Part shown: positions 27,990 through 38,005 of the stretch, piece by piece
Layout of the letters: every line of letters begins with the position of its first letter
Position numbering within the stretch: the stretch's first letter is position 1
Origin: a bacterium
GTDB taxonomy: Bacteria; Patescibacteriota; Minisyncoccia; UBA6257; JAGOQP01
DNA: 64,000 nt
Assembly (NCBI GenBank): GCA_021814695.1
Contig: JAKAHY010000001.1
Coordinates: 45,278 to 109,277 of the forward strand
Direction: 5' to 3'
Translations under genes and position numbers: made by a program
The notes under the pieces: generated by a model
Databases searched by the model: none
What the model was told of the DNA's origin: nothing
The model's input: only the letters and a program-made list of their open reading frames with translations

Positions 27990-28064
27990 TGGAGTGAGGG
28001 GCCGGATTTGAACCGGCGATGATGGTCTTGCGGACCATTGCCTTCCCCGCTTGGCGACCCTCAC
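27990..28064 (-). tRNA. tRNA-Cys (anticodon GCA), CCA encoded
   Basis: The rc gives acceptor GTGAGGG/CCCTCAC, D-stem GCC/GGC, anticodon stem ATGGT/ACCAT with loop CCGCAAG (C33, unusual), T-arm GCCGG-TTCAAAT-CCGGC, discriminator T, and CCA. Confidence 0.7.
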
Positions 28065-28129
28065 ACACAAAGTATAAATCCCAAATAACAAATTAGTAAA
28101 GAAGTCTTGGCTTTTTATTTGATATATGT

Positions 28130-29281
28130 TTATTGTCCCGTCGCCAGATTTATCAGTTCTTGAGCAATAATTTCGGCAGCTTGAGGCTTAGCAAATGTGC
28201 CTGCGGCCTGAGACATAGATTGATATTTTGCTTTATCACTTAATATCAGATTAACCTGGTCGAAGAAAAGGGACGATTTCAAATTAGATTCTTCAATAAC
28301 TACGCAGGCGCCATTTCCCGCATATTCATACGCATTAAATTTCTGATGGTCTCCGGCGGCACTATCAAGTGGAATCAGTATGGAAGGCTTTTTAAAAACA
28401 GCTATTTCAAATATTGCTCCGCTTCCGGCTCTTGAAACTATAATATCCGCAGCGACATAAGCTTCTCTGATTTCTTTTTGGAGGAAATCCACTATTTTAT
28501 AGCGGTCACGTTCAACCGGTATAAAATGTTCGGTTGAAACGGCTAGTTCGTTTTTAAACTGAGCGAAATTCTGAGGACCCACCTGATGGAGTACCTGATA
28601 TTTACCGACGAATTCTTTGACGTTCTCGATCATAAATTCATTTATCTTTGCAGACCCTTGGGAACCGCCGATGACAAGAATCAACGGCAAGGTCGGGTCA
28701 AAGCCGAATATCTTTTTTGCTTTTTCAGGAGTCAGATCCGGAGCGGGTTCAAGCAGGTCGGCTCTTATCGGATTGCCCGTGAGCGCTACTTTTTCTCCGG
28801 AAATTGATTCAAGTGTTTTTTCAAACGACACGGCAATTCTTTTTGAGAAAGGAACGGAAAATTTAGTGGAGAGTCCGGGAATCGAATCGGATTCATGGAT
28901 AAATACCGGTATGCGATAAAACCATGCAGCTACGACAACGGCTATTGAGCCCGTTCCTCCTTTGGAAAATACCGCGTCCGGCATTACAAAAAGTAATTTA
29001 ATAAATGATTGCAGAAATGCTAACGGAAGTTTGACGGCATCTATTATATTCAGAGGCGAAAGATAACGCCTTATCTTAAATGAAATAATGGATACAATTT
29101 TTATCTTAAGTCCGACAAAATCCGAAGCATATTGCCCGGCATTTCCGAAATAATACAGCTGAAAATCCGATTCCGGATTTTGTGAAAGTTTTATTTTTAC
29201 CTGTTCGGCAACCGCCAGTAACGGATAAATATGCCCTCCGGTTCCGCCTCCGGTAAATGCAATGCGAATTTGATTTCTCAT
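28130..29281 (-). CDS. murG: UDP-GlcNAc:undecaprenyl-PP-MurNAc-pentapeptide GlcNAc transferase
   Basis: GGGTGGHIYPLLAVAE glycine loop and a GT28 C-terminus. Confidence 0.9.
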   Translation of the reverse strand: MRNQIRIAFTGGGTGGHIYPLLAVAEQVKIKLSQNPESDFQLYYFGNAGQYASDFVGLKIKIVSIISFKIRRYLSPLNIIDAVKLPLAFLQSFIKLLFVMPDAVFSKGGTGSIAVVVAAWFYRIPVFIHESDSIPGLSTKFSVPFSKRIAVSFEKTLESISGEKVALTGNPIRADLLEPAPDLTPEKAKKIFGFDPTLPLILVIGGSQGSAKINEFMIENVKEFVGKYQVLHQVGPQNFAQFKNELAVSTEHFIPVERDRYKIVDFLQKEIREAYVAADIIVSRAGSGAIFEIAVFKKPSILIPLDSAAGDHQKFNAYEYAGNGACVVIEESNLKSSLFFDQVNLILSDKAKYQSMSQAAGTFAKPQAAEIIAQELINLATGQ

Positions 29282-29316
29282 TAGTTCAATTATAACAAAG
29301 AATACTTCTTTTGGCT

Positions 29317-30486
29317 CTATTCGTTTGAGGAATGGCGCGAAACATTGGCAATAATTCCTATCATCGTTAAAGTAACGGCCATTGACGTGCCTCCATAACT
29401 GATAAACGGAAGCGGTACTCCCGTGAAAGGAAGAATTCCCGCATTAGCCGATATATGAATTATGGCTTGGATTGCAATAATCGACGAAAATCCGGCCACA
29501 CTAAGCCTGGCAAAATCATCATGACTATGAAGAGCGAGACCAATTCCTCTCCATAGCAATATCAGAAACAACAGAATAATAACCATAGACCCGGCAAAAC
29601 CGAATTCTTCGGCAATAACGGCAAATATCGAATCCCCCATCGGTTCGGGTAATAAGCTGTATTTACTCGTCGATTTTCCGAAACCCACACCCGTAAGCCC
29701 TCCCGTTCCGATTGCCATCAAGGATTGAGAGACGTGAAAATTATCACTGGGAGCATTTTTTATCAGAAGAGCGGGAAAATATTTTTGCGCTATAGGATTC
29801 CATATCGGAGCAACTCTCGCCAGACGATATGGAGTAACCGCCGCCAATCCGGCAACAATAACCGCTCCCACGGCAAGTGTCAGAAGAAAATGAACGAGAA
29901 CCTGTCTAAAAGAATTTCCGCTTAAAAAATACATTACAAGGCCGGCTCCGATTATAATCATAGCCATAGTTGTCGCCGGCTGTGCAAAAATCAAAACGCC
30001 CGTAATAATCGAAACAAACACAAAAATTCCGTAAGCCTTCCATCCCTCGCGTATTTTTTTCATACGGGTACCCGAAAATAGCGAAGCGACATATAAAATA
30101 TAGGTTAGTTTCAAAAGTTCCGACGGTTGAAAAGAAAATATTCCGAGATTAATCCATCTGTGAGATCCTTTCACCTCCCTTCCCAACGGAGTAAAAACTA
30201 AAAGAAGAAGAATAAGGTTTATAACAAAAAGAATCAGAGCCGCTTTTTTCCAGCGTCTGTAGTATATGAAAAATCCCGCAGCAAATCCGATGAGCCCCGG
30301 AATCAATCCTTTAAACAATTGTTGCTTGAGGTAATACCCGGTGTCATTAAAATTTACTTTACCGATATCCGATGAAGCCGATGCCAAAGCCAAAAAACCA
30401 ACCAGGAGCAAAAAAAGTACAATGCCTAAAATAACATAATCGGGTTTGTGGCCAGATTGAATTGAAAATGCCTTGCCGAGCCTCAT
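29317..30486 (-). CDS. ftsW: SEDS family peptidoglycan polymerase FtsW/RodA
   Basis: 10-TM SEDS pattern. It lies in the dcw cluster between murG and mraY. Confidence 0.85.
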   Translation of the reverse strand: MRLGKAFSIQSGHKPDYVILGIVLFLLLVGFLALASASSDIGKVNFNDTGYYLKQQLFKGLIPGLIGFAAGFFIYYRRWKKAALILFVINLILLLLVFTPLGREVKGSHRWINLGIFSFQPSELLKLTYILYVASLFSGTRMKKIREGWKAYGIFVFVSIITGVLIFAQPATTMAMIIIGAGLVMYFLSGNSFRQVLVHFLLTLAVGAVIVAGLAAVTPYRLARVAPIWNPIAQKYFPALLIKNAPSDNFHVSQSLMAIGTGGLTGVGFGKSTSKYSLLPEPMGDSIFAVIAEEFGFAGSMVIILLFLILLWRGIGLALHSHDDFARLSVAGFSSIIAIQAIIHISANAGILPFTGVPLPFISYGGTSMAVTLTMIGIIANVSRHSSNE

Positions 30487-32021
30487 TTTTTGGATTTCTT
30501 TAATAGTCGGCCACTCCCCTGTCTACCGGCGGATGCGCCTTTTTGAGCGGTAACTAATTTACCGTCAGATACCTCCACTGTTCCGTTTACAATCACGGTT
30601 GTTATATCAAAATCTTTTGTAGCCAATACCAGGTCAGCATAGTATCCGTCACTGATAAATCCCCTTCCGTCCAGATTAAATATGGTGGCTGGCAGTCCCG
30701 TAATTTTTGCGACACTTTTTTCAACACTGATATTTTTTTGGGATGCAATTTTCAGATAAGTCGGAAATGTTTTATATGCGCGCTCCGGTTTGAAAGTCTT
30801 GAATATATCGTCAAAGTTGGGGCTATTTGTGGATATTAGAGAACGGGAAATCAACAAAGCTTTCAAAACCTCTTCCTGATTCAGATTTTCATATAATACA
30901 ACTCCTCTAAGCTTGGTTGCTTCCATTAACGCAAGCATCGCCTGAGATTCGCTTAATTCCCTATTTTTTGCAAAATCATAAAGTGTTTTTCCGTTTAAGA
31001 ATTCAACGCCCGGAGCATTCAAAATAATCACTTTTTTGGGATCTACTTTGGGAAGTCCGGATGCTATCTTTTTCCGTATTTCCTTATCCTTAATTTTTTC
31101 TATAAATAATGAAGGATCATCGTTTTTAAGATAATCGGGAACAAATGTATCCAAAGAAACCGCGCTTGCGCTGAACGGATTAATGTCAAAATAAACATTG
31201 GCTTTAGCCGCTTTTTCTTCTATCAACGCCAGAGATTTTTCATACTCAGTCTCAAATCCTATGAGAGGCCGAAAGTGGCTGATTATGGAAGTAACCGACG
31301 TTTCCTGGCTGACACGGATAGTTTCTTCTACCGATTCAAATAATTTTTCCCGTTCATTTCTTAAATGAGTGGCGTATACGCCCTTATATTGATGTAAAAC
31401 ATCCAGCAATGCCCTAATTTCATGATAAGTCGTATTTTGATAAGGATAATATCCCAATCCGTCCGACATTCCGAAGGCGCCTTCTTCGATTGCCGAGGAT
31501 AACACTCCGCGGAAAACTCTCAGTTCGTTGGCTGTAAGATTTCTGAATTCGTTCGGGTTTTTTATTATATCTTCACGGATGACTTTATGTCCCACAAGAG
31601 TGCCGATGTTGACTCCCATTCCATAACTTTCAACAACCTTAAGAAACTCGGCGACTCCTCTCCAATTTACATTTATACGATTGGTTCTTGTCCAGCTATC
31701 CAAATGCGCAAGATTTGTCCCGTAAAATGATGGCGCCAATGAAAATCCGCACTGGCCAAGCATTATACTGGTTACGCCTTGGAGTAAAAAATCCTTATGT
31801 AAAGGAGACTGAAACATTGTCAGATATCTGTCTGAACTGGCGTTGGGGTCTATAAAACCGGGGCACAAATACCCTTCGTTTCCAAAGATGACATTATCAG
31901 CTTTGTATTGAGGAAAGCTTCCTACCGCCAGAATTTTTTCATCACGCATTAAAACGTCTCCCTTTATAGGAGGTTTTCCGCTTCCGTCAATTACGATGAC
32001 ATTTTTAATAAGCGTTACCAT
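30483..32021 (-). CDS. Amidohydrolase-fold protein (D-aminoacylase-like) with HxH metal motif replaced (PGFIDPNASSD)
   Basis: N-terminal IDGSG...DV.I.DE.I.AVG...PGFID matches the amidohydrolase-3 pattern, but the HxH is PNA. Downstream His residues (THLRNE, SHF) are retained. The gene occupies the murD position in the dcw cluster. Confidence 0.7.
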   Translation of the reverse strand: MVTLIKNVIVIDGSGKPPIKGDVLMRDEKILAVGSFPQYKADNVIFGNEGYLCPGFIDPNASSDRYLTMFQSPLHKDFLLQGVTSIMLGQCGFSLAPSFYGTNLAHLDSWTRTNRINVNWRGVAEFLKVVESYGMGVNIGTLVGHKVIREDIIKNPNEFRNLTANELRVFRGVLSSAIEEGAFGMSDGLGYYPYQNTTYHEIRALLDVLHQYKGVYATHLRNEREKLFESVEETIRVSQETSVTSIISHFRPLIGFETEYEKSLALIEEKAAKANVYFDINPFSASAVSLDTFVPDYLKNDDPSLFIEKIKDKEIRKKIASGLPKVDPKKVIILNAPGVEFLNGKTLYDFAKNRELSESQAMLALMEATKLRGVVLYENLNQEEVLKALLISRSLISTNSPNFDDIFKTFKPERAYKTFPTYLKIASQKNISVEKSVAKITGLPATIFNLDGRGFISDGYYADLVLATKDFDITTVIVNGTVEVSDGKLVTAQKGASAGRQGSGRLLKKSKK

Positions 32022-32055
32022 AATTGTTTTTAAAATTCGAAAATATTTCCGGAAA

Positions 32056-33105
32056 TTAACGCAATATCACACGGGAAAGGAAAAAAAGCACCAAACCCAA
32101 ACCGTTTGAGATAGCGGAGATTATCCAGAACCTCATAGTCACTCTGGACTCGGGCCATCCCAAGGCTTCAAAATGATGGTGAATGGGAGTGGATATAAAA
32201 ACTTTCTTTTTGAAAAATTTCTTTGATATCGTCTGGATAATCACCGAAATCGATTCAATGACGAGAATCGGAGCAAAAAACGGCAGGAACAAAACGGTAT
32301 TGGTCAGCATAGCGACAACTCCCAATGTTATTCCCAGCGCCATTGAGCCGGTATCTCCCATAAAAAATCTTGCCGGATAAATATTAAACCAAAGAAAAGC
32401 GAGCAGTGCTCCTACAATCATAGAAGAAAATGCGGCCAAATCATAGCGTCCCAAAACGAAAGATACCACCGCCAAAGACCCGAAAGAAAAAAGAGAAACC
32501 CCTCCCAAAAGTCCGTCCAAGCCATCGGTGATATCGGCCGAAAAAGCCGTAGCCACGATGATAAAAAGGAACAGTGGAATATACCAGCCGTCTATTTCAG
32601 TAAGTCCCAAAAAAGGAACATATAGCGTTGACCAGCCAAGTTTAACCGCAAACCAGTAAGCTCCGGCGAGAGCGATTATAAAATACATCAGCAGCTTGTG
32701 TTTTATGGATATTCCGCCTCCATGAGGTCCAATCCTTTTGACTCCTAAAATGTCGTCGGTTAATCCCAAAATTGCGGCAATGAGCATAATTGCTATCGGC
32801 AAATAAGTTTGACCCCTGTCTATAAAATTCAATCGAGACCAAAATCCTCCGAAAAAATAATTCAATAAAAAAAAGACCGCCGATAATCCCAATACCGTGA
32901 CCCATATTATTACACCCCCCATTGTCGGCGTCCCCTCTTTTTTTTGATGCAATGAATAAAAAACCGGAGCACTTTCACTGCTACGGATTTGTTTACCGGC
33001 TTTGTATTTATACAGAATGCGGGTTACTACCGGCGTAAGCGAAAGCGCCACAAAAAAAGATATTCCGGTTAAAATCAAAACTCTTATAACTTGGGAGCTT
33101 GTCAT
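32056..33105 (-). CDS. mraY: Phospho-N-acetylmuramoyl-pentapeptide transferase
   Basis: 10-TM MraY. It carries the GLTDDILG, DGLDGL and HHHFE motifs. Confidence 0.9.
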   Translation of the reverse strand: MTSSQVIRVLILTGISFFVALSLTPVVTRILYKYKAGKQIRSSESAPVFYSLHQKKEGTPTMGGVIIWVTVLGLSAVFFLLNYFFGGFWSRLNFIDRGQTYLPIAIMLIAAILGLTDDILGVKRIGPHGGGISIKHKLLMYFIIALAGAYWFAVKLGWSTLYVPFLGLTEIDGWYIPLFLFIIVATAFSADITDGLDGLLGGVSLFSFGSLAVVSFVLGRYDLAAFSSMIVGALLAFLWFNIYPARFFMGDTGSMALGITLGVVAMLTNTVLFLPFFAPILVIESISVIIQTISKKFFKKKVFISTPIHHHFEALGWPESRVTMRFWIISAISNGLGLVLFFLSRVILR

Positions 33106-33116
33106 GGATAAAAATT

Positions 33117-34166
33117 CTATTGGATACAGGATACTATTTTGGCGGTATCTCCGAATCTGTCCGGACTGCCAAGTACCGCTATAAATACCATTTTACCATC
33201 TTTACTGAATAATGACACGAGATTTCCTTCCGATTGGTCTATGTAACCGGTCTTTCCTCCGAAAAAATCTTTTCTTCCGGCAAATTCGTTTATATTTGTC
33301 AGCGTTGTTCTTTTACCGGTATTTTTGTCGCGGATAGTATTTGTTTTTTGACGGGTAATATCAAAGATGATCGGATATTGCTGTTTAATATAAGACACCA
33401 AAAGAAACAAATCGTGCGCCGTTGATTGATTCAGATAAGAAAGTCCCGAGGGTTCATAATAAGTTGTCTGACTCATAGATAAATCTTTTGCTTTCTGATT
33501 CATTTTTTGCACGAAAGCATCTCTTCCGAAACTATCAGCCAGAGCAAACGCGGCGTCGTTACTCGAAATTGTAAGCATCGCTTTAAGCAAGTCGTTGGCG
33601 CTGTATGAAGATCCGGTCGGAAGAGTTGAATTTCCGTCAGTCTCCTTGCTGATTTCCGGAGTAACGGTAATTACACTGGACTGATTGATATTTTCCAAAG
33701 CAACAACGGCAGTCATTAATTTGGATATGGAAGCTATAGGCCACCGGTTCTGTGAATTTTTTTCGTATAAAATACTTGCCCCCGAAATAGTCTGAACCAA
33801 AAAGTTTTTGGCTTGAATGGGAACACACAACTCGTTTGTTGTGGACGTCGCTTCCGTTATTATGGATTTTTCGACGATCGATGTATCGGTCTGATTTTTT
33901 TCTATTGAATTTACGGTCGGATTCAAATTTGAGTCAGAAGTGGAAGACAGGGGTTCCTGAGAAGTAGCAATGGAGCCTTGAATGTCGGCTATCAGGGATT
34001 CGTTATTTTTGACTGCTGCCGGTGACGATTCTAAATGAACCGAGTCTATAATAACCGCCTGTTGGCCGATTCCATTATGGTCAACTTGAGAAAATACGTT
34101 CGTATCCCTAAAAGCATAGGAAAATACGAGAATTATAATTAATAGGATTAATGCTTGATATCTCAT
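33117..34166 (-). CDS. dacA: Serine-type D-Ala-D-Ala carboxypeptidase (S11, PBP5-like)
   Basis: SxxK (ASISKLMT), SxN (SSND) and KTG (KTGY). Confidence 0.8.
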   Translation of the reverse strand: MRYQALILLIIILVFSYAFRDTNVFSQVDHNGIGQQAVIIDSVHLESSPAAVKNNESLIADIQGSIATSQEPLSSTSDSNLNPTVNSIEKNQTDTSIVEKSIITEATSTTNELCVPIQAKNFLVQTISGASILYEKNSQNRWPIASISKLMTAVVALENINQSSVITVTPEISKETDGNSTLPTGSSYSANDLLKAMLTISSNDAAFALADSFGRDAFVQKMNQKAKDLSMSQTTYYEPSGLSYLNQSTAHDLFLLVSYIKQQYPIIFDITRQKTNTIRDKNTGKRTTLTNINEFAGRKDFFGGKTGYIDQSEGNLVSLFSKDGKMVFIAVLGSPDRFGDTAKIVSCIQ

Positions 34167-34177
34167 AAAAATATAAA

Positions 34178-34789
34178 TTAGGGAGTTGAAGCGGTTTCAG
34201 CCAAAGGAGATTCCTGAGGTTCGGCCGATTTTGTTTCCTCGGTTCTTTCGGAAAAATACTGATCCTTAAGCTTTTGATATTCATCATATTTAGGCATTTT
34301 GCTTACGTGGTCAATGCCCATAAATTTTAGAAATTCAAAGCTTACCTCATATTCAAATGCCAGTCCTTTTGCTGTTTTTCTTTCAATAAGGCCGCGGATA
34401 AGAAGACTTCTTAAAATAAAACTCGAATTGACTCCACGCAAAAAATCTATCTGAGCTCTGGTCACCGGACCGAAATATGAAATTATTGAAAGCGTTTCCA
34501 ATGCAGCGGGTGTCAATTCTTCCTTCAAATCTTCGGTGATGAATTTTTCGACAAGAATAGAGTGTTCCGGCTTTGTCGCCAATATATATTTACCGGAATT
34601 TTCCATCAGGATTATCCCCCTTTTGGAATCGGAATATTGTTCCCTTAACATGGCGGCGGCATTTTCTACTTCTTCTTCGCTCACTTTCAAAGTTGAGGAA
34701 ATTTTTTTCTTATCCAACGATTCTCCAAAAATAAAAAGAAGGGCTTCCATCTGGCTGGCTATTTTTTCGATATTTGAAGAGTCATTCAT
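34178..34789 (-). CDS. scpB: Segregation and condensation protein B
   Basis: EALLFIFGESL and the ScpB wHTH pattern. It is downstream of scpA. Confidence 0.85.
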   Translation of the reverse strand: MNDSSNIEKIASQMEALLFIFGESLDKKKISSTLKVSEEEVENAAAMLREQYSDSKRGIILMENSGKYILATKPEHSILVEKFITEDLKEELTPAALETLSIISYFGPVTRAQIDFLRGVNSSFILRSLLIRGLIERKTAKGLAFEYEVSFEFLKFMGIDHVSKMPKYDEYQKLKDQYFSERTEETKSAEPQESPLAETASTP

Positions 34790-34793
34790 AAAA

Positions 34794-35543
34794 TTATGCG
34801 GATTGGTTTAATTTCTCTATTTTAATTTCATCAAATAATTTATCCTGGCTGACAGCAAAAGTATTTTCTCTCAACAAATGAAGCAATGCAAGAAATATCA
34901 CGATGACTTCATTTTTTGTTTTGCGGCCGATAATTTCGGAAAATTTAGAAATGCCTTGGGCAATTTTTTTGGTGACTTCTGATATTTTATCTTCAAGCGT
35001 AAAGAGTTGGCGCTTGATTGTTTCCTTATCCAGAAAAAATGAACCTAGGGTGTTGAGCAACCGATCAAGTGATTCGCTCATATTTTTGAGGGTAAGTTTT
35101 TTAGGAGGATAGAAAACAACCGGTTGGGAAAGAAGCATGGTTCTTGAATAAAGCCTCGAAGATTTTAACCACTCGTTCTTTACCGAAGCAAACATAGGTT
35201 TGAGCTGGCTGTAGATTTTCAGACGCGCTTCCAAATCGTGCATTTCATTTTCTTCCTCTTCGGTAAGGGAGAGCTCCGGCAGAAGCGCTTTTGATTTTAT
35301 CAAAATAAGCTGGGATGCGACAACTAAAAAATCCGCAAGTATCCTCAACGCCTGCGCCTTTGTCTCTTCATCGGAATCGTTCTCCGTCTTTTGAGTTTCT
35401 TCCTTTATGGAGTTTACATATAACAAAAAATCAGCCGTAACCTCAGCAAGGCTGATTTGAGTTATATCCATCTTTTTGGCTTCTATTAACTCCAGCAGTT
35501 TTTCAAGCGGTCCCGAGTAAGCAAGAGTCTTCACCTCGTACAT
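34794..35543 (-). CDS. scpA: Segregation and condensation protein A
   Basis: LEKLLELIEAKKMDITQISLAEVTADFL N-terminus, at kleisin size. Confidence 0.8.
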   Translation of the reverse strand: MYEVKTLAYSGPLEKLLELIEAKKMDITQISLAEVTADFLLYVNSIKEETQKTENDSDEETKAQALRILADFLVVASQLILIKSKALLPELSLTEEEENEMHDLEARLKIYSQLKPMFASVKNEWLKSSRLYSRTMLLSQPVVFYPPKKLTLKNMSESLDRLLNTLGSFFLDKETIKRQLFTLEDKISEVTKKIAQGISKFSEIIGRKTKNEVIVIFLALLHLLRENTFAVSQDKLFDEIKIEKLNQSA

Positions 35544-35733
35544 AATGACAGACTACCATAAATTATGTAATAATCCAATGAATAAACAGTAAAAAAACAG
35601 CGTCGATCCCGCACCTTTTGTTGGCTCAAGCTTCGTTCATTATGCCTTAGGCAGTCAATAAAAGATGCAGGATTGACACCGGCTCGGATATTGCCGATAA
35701 TCGAGCCAGTTCGTTGACGCAAAGGAGTAAACT

Positions 35734-37515
35734 ATGGACAAACCAAAAACAAACCAATCCCTTCCGAAATGGTCTCTGGCCGAACTTTTGGATGACAGCG
35801 CGGCCGATGCGGTCAGCCTGGCTCTCGCCGATTTTGAGTCAAAGGTTAAGATTGTTGAATCCTGGAGATCCAAACTCAAGGCCGATATGACAGTTGATGA
35901 ATTTAAGCTGTTCTTGTCGGATATTGAATCGGAAAATATTGCCGGAGAAAAACTCAGTTCATATGCGGGTCTGAAATTCGAAGAAGATACCCAGAATCAG
36001 GCGGCACTTGCGCTTATGGAAAAGCTCAACGATATTTTCACCGATGCGGGGAACAGAACGCTTTTCTTTTCCCTCTGGTGGAAGGATCTGGACAATGAAA
36101 GCGCCGAAAGGCTGATGCAAGCGGCCGGAACCGAAAGTTACTGGCTTAAGCACATGAGATTGTTCAAGCCATATACTCTCTCCGAACCGGTCGAGCAGGC
36201 TATCAATCTTAAGGATACTACCGGCTCCAATGCTTTGAATAATCTCTATTCGCTTCTGACCGATAAGCTTGAATTTACGCTTGAAATCGACGGAGAAAAG
36301 AAAACCATGACCCGGGGAGAATTGGAAACGTATCGCCACAATCAGGACCCGAAACTTCGCGAGGCCGGATTCAAAGAATTTTTCAGGGTGTTTAGTGAAA
36401 CCGGACCGGTTTTGGCTTATATCTATTCTGCTATTGTGCGGGATTACTACAACGAGACCGTTAAGCTTCGCGGATTTTCATCTCCGATTTCGGTAAGGAA
36501 TCTGGGAAACAACATCCCCGACTCGGTTATTGAAATGCTTCTCGCTCTGGTAAAAAAGAATGCCGGAGTATTTCAAAAATATTTCAAGCTTAAGGCAAAA
36601 TGGCTCGGAGTTTCCAAGCTTCGCCGTTATGATTTGTATGCTCCCCTGCCAATGCCCCAGAAAGAATATGGTTTTGAAGAAGCATCAAATTTGGTTTTTG
36701 AAGTATTCGGAAAATTCTCTCCTAAAATGGAAGAGTATGCCCGTAAAGTTTTCACAGACAATCACATTGATGCTCAAGTCCGTAAAGGAAAACACGATGG
36801 AGCATTCTGTTCAACTCCGCTTCCTCAATTTGCCCCCTGGGTCCTTTTGAATTATCAGGGGAATGTCGAGGATGTGGAGACAATGGCTCATGAACTTGGA
36901 CATGCAGTTCACAGCCAGATGGCAAAAGAACATTCCATTCATACCCATCATTCCGCTTTGCCGTTAGCCGAGACCGCCTCAACTTTCGGGGAAATGCTTC
37001 TGATGAATGCGCTTTTGGAAAAAGAAAGCGATATTCAGGTTAAGCGTTACTTGCTGGCAAGAATGATTGATGGAACTTATGCCACGGTCGGACGCCAAGG
37101 ATTTTTTGCCCTTTGGGAGATTGCAGCCCACAAGATGGCAGTACAGGGCGCGACGGCTGATGAAATAAGCGAAATTTATCTTTCCAATCTTCGCGATCAA
37201 TTCGGCGACTCGCTTGAATTGAGTGAGGACTTCAGATGGGAATGGGTAACAATTCCCCATTTCTACAGCACGCCGTTTTATGTTTACGCTTACGCTTTTG
37301 GGGAGCTTCTTGTCTACTCGCTTTATAAGATGTATCAGACCGAAGGCGAAAGCTTCAAGCCGAAGTATCTGGAGATTCTTTCCGCCGGCGGTTCGGATTC
37401 TCCGGGAAATATTCTGGCCAAAGCCGGAATTGATATCGCTTCCGAAAAGTTCTGGCAGGGCGGGTTTGACGCCATTGCCGAACTTGTCCGAGAGTTGGAA
37501 AACCTAAGCCAATAA
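35734..37515 (+). CDS. pepF: Oligoendopeptidase F (M3B)
   Basis: HELGHAVH zinc motif and overall M3 length. SD AAAGGAG. Confidence 0.85.
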   Translation: MDKPKTNQSLPKWSLAELLDDSAADAVSLALADFESKVKIVESWRSKLKADMTVDEFKLFLSDIESENIAGEKLSSYAGLKFEEDTQNQAALALMEKLNDIFTDAGNRTLFFSLWWKDLDNESAERLMQAAGTESYWLKHMRLFKPYTLSEPVEQAINLKDTTGSNALNNLYSLLTDKLEFTLEIDGEKKTMTRGELETYRHNQDPKLREAGFKEFFRVFSETGPVLAYIYSAIVRDYYNETVKLRGFSSPISVRNLGNNIPDSVIEMLLALVKKNAGVFQKYFKLKAKWLGVSKLRRYDLYAPLPMPQKEYGFEEASNLVFEVFGKFSPKMEEYARKVFTDNHIDAQVRKGKHDGAFCSTPLPQFAPWVLLNYQGNVEDVETMAHELGHAVHSQMAKEHSIHTHHSALPLAETASTFGEMLLMNALLEKESDIQVKRYLLARMIDGTYATVGRQGFFALWEIAAHKMAVQGATADEISEIYLSNLRDQFGDSLELSEDFRWEWVTIPHFYSTPFYVYAYAFGELLVYSLYKMYQTEGESFKPKYLEILSAGGSDSPGNILAKAGIDIASEKFWQGGFDAIAELVRELENLSQ

Positions 37516-37619
37516 TTGGTATCCGCTCATAATTTGGGCGGTTTTTTTATTAAACCGCCATCTCTTTTACAAACACCTATTTTTGATATAGATTAAGTTC
37601 AGCTATCCGGGGAGCGGTA

Positions 37620-37934
37620 ATGGAAAACGTGCTCGTCCGAAAGAAGAAAGCATCACTTGTTCGTCTTACAAAAGAAGATTCGGACTATCTTTTGATGAGA
37701 TCGGATATTATGGACAGCCTTTTTCCCGAGGATGGATCTTACGTTCTAGTCTCCGCAATCCCCCATAAATTCAGAACTCTGGCCGCAAGAAAAGTTATCA
37801 ATAAATTGATTGTTTCGGGAGAATTGTGCATAAGATATCTACTGGACGAAAAATCACCCGCTAACAATAAACTCATCATTAAAAGGGTTGACTGTTTCCT
37901 GTTAAAAAGGGTTGCCGTCGAGTATGCGGAGTAA
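37620..37934 (+). CDS. Hypothetical protein
   Basis: SD GGGGAGCGG. Nothing recognisable. Confidence 0.4.
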   Translation: MENVLVRKKKASLVRLTKEDSDYLLMRSDIMDSLFPEDGSYVLVSAIPHKFRTLAARKVINKLIVSGELCIRYLLDEKSPANNKLIIKRVDCFLLKRVAVEYAE

Positions 37935-38005
37935 TCCGGAATGTTGTTTTCCGGATTTTTTTATTCTTGTTTTAATTCCGGCTTTTTTCTATACTATCCC
38001 TATCT

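Noticed and set aside
27744-28091. 115-aa ORF on the - strand
   Set aside because: It spans the gltX upstream leader and fully overlaps a well-folding tRNA-Cys, so it is spurious.
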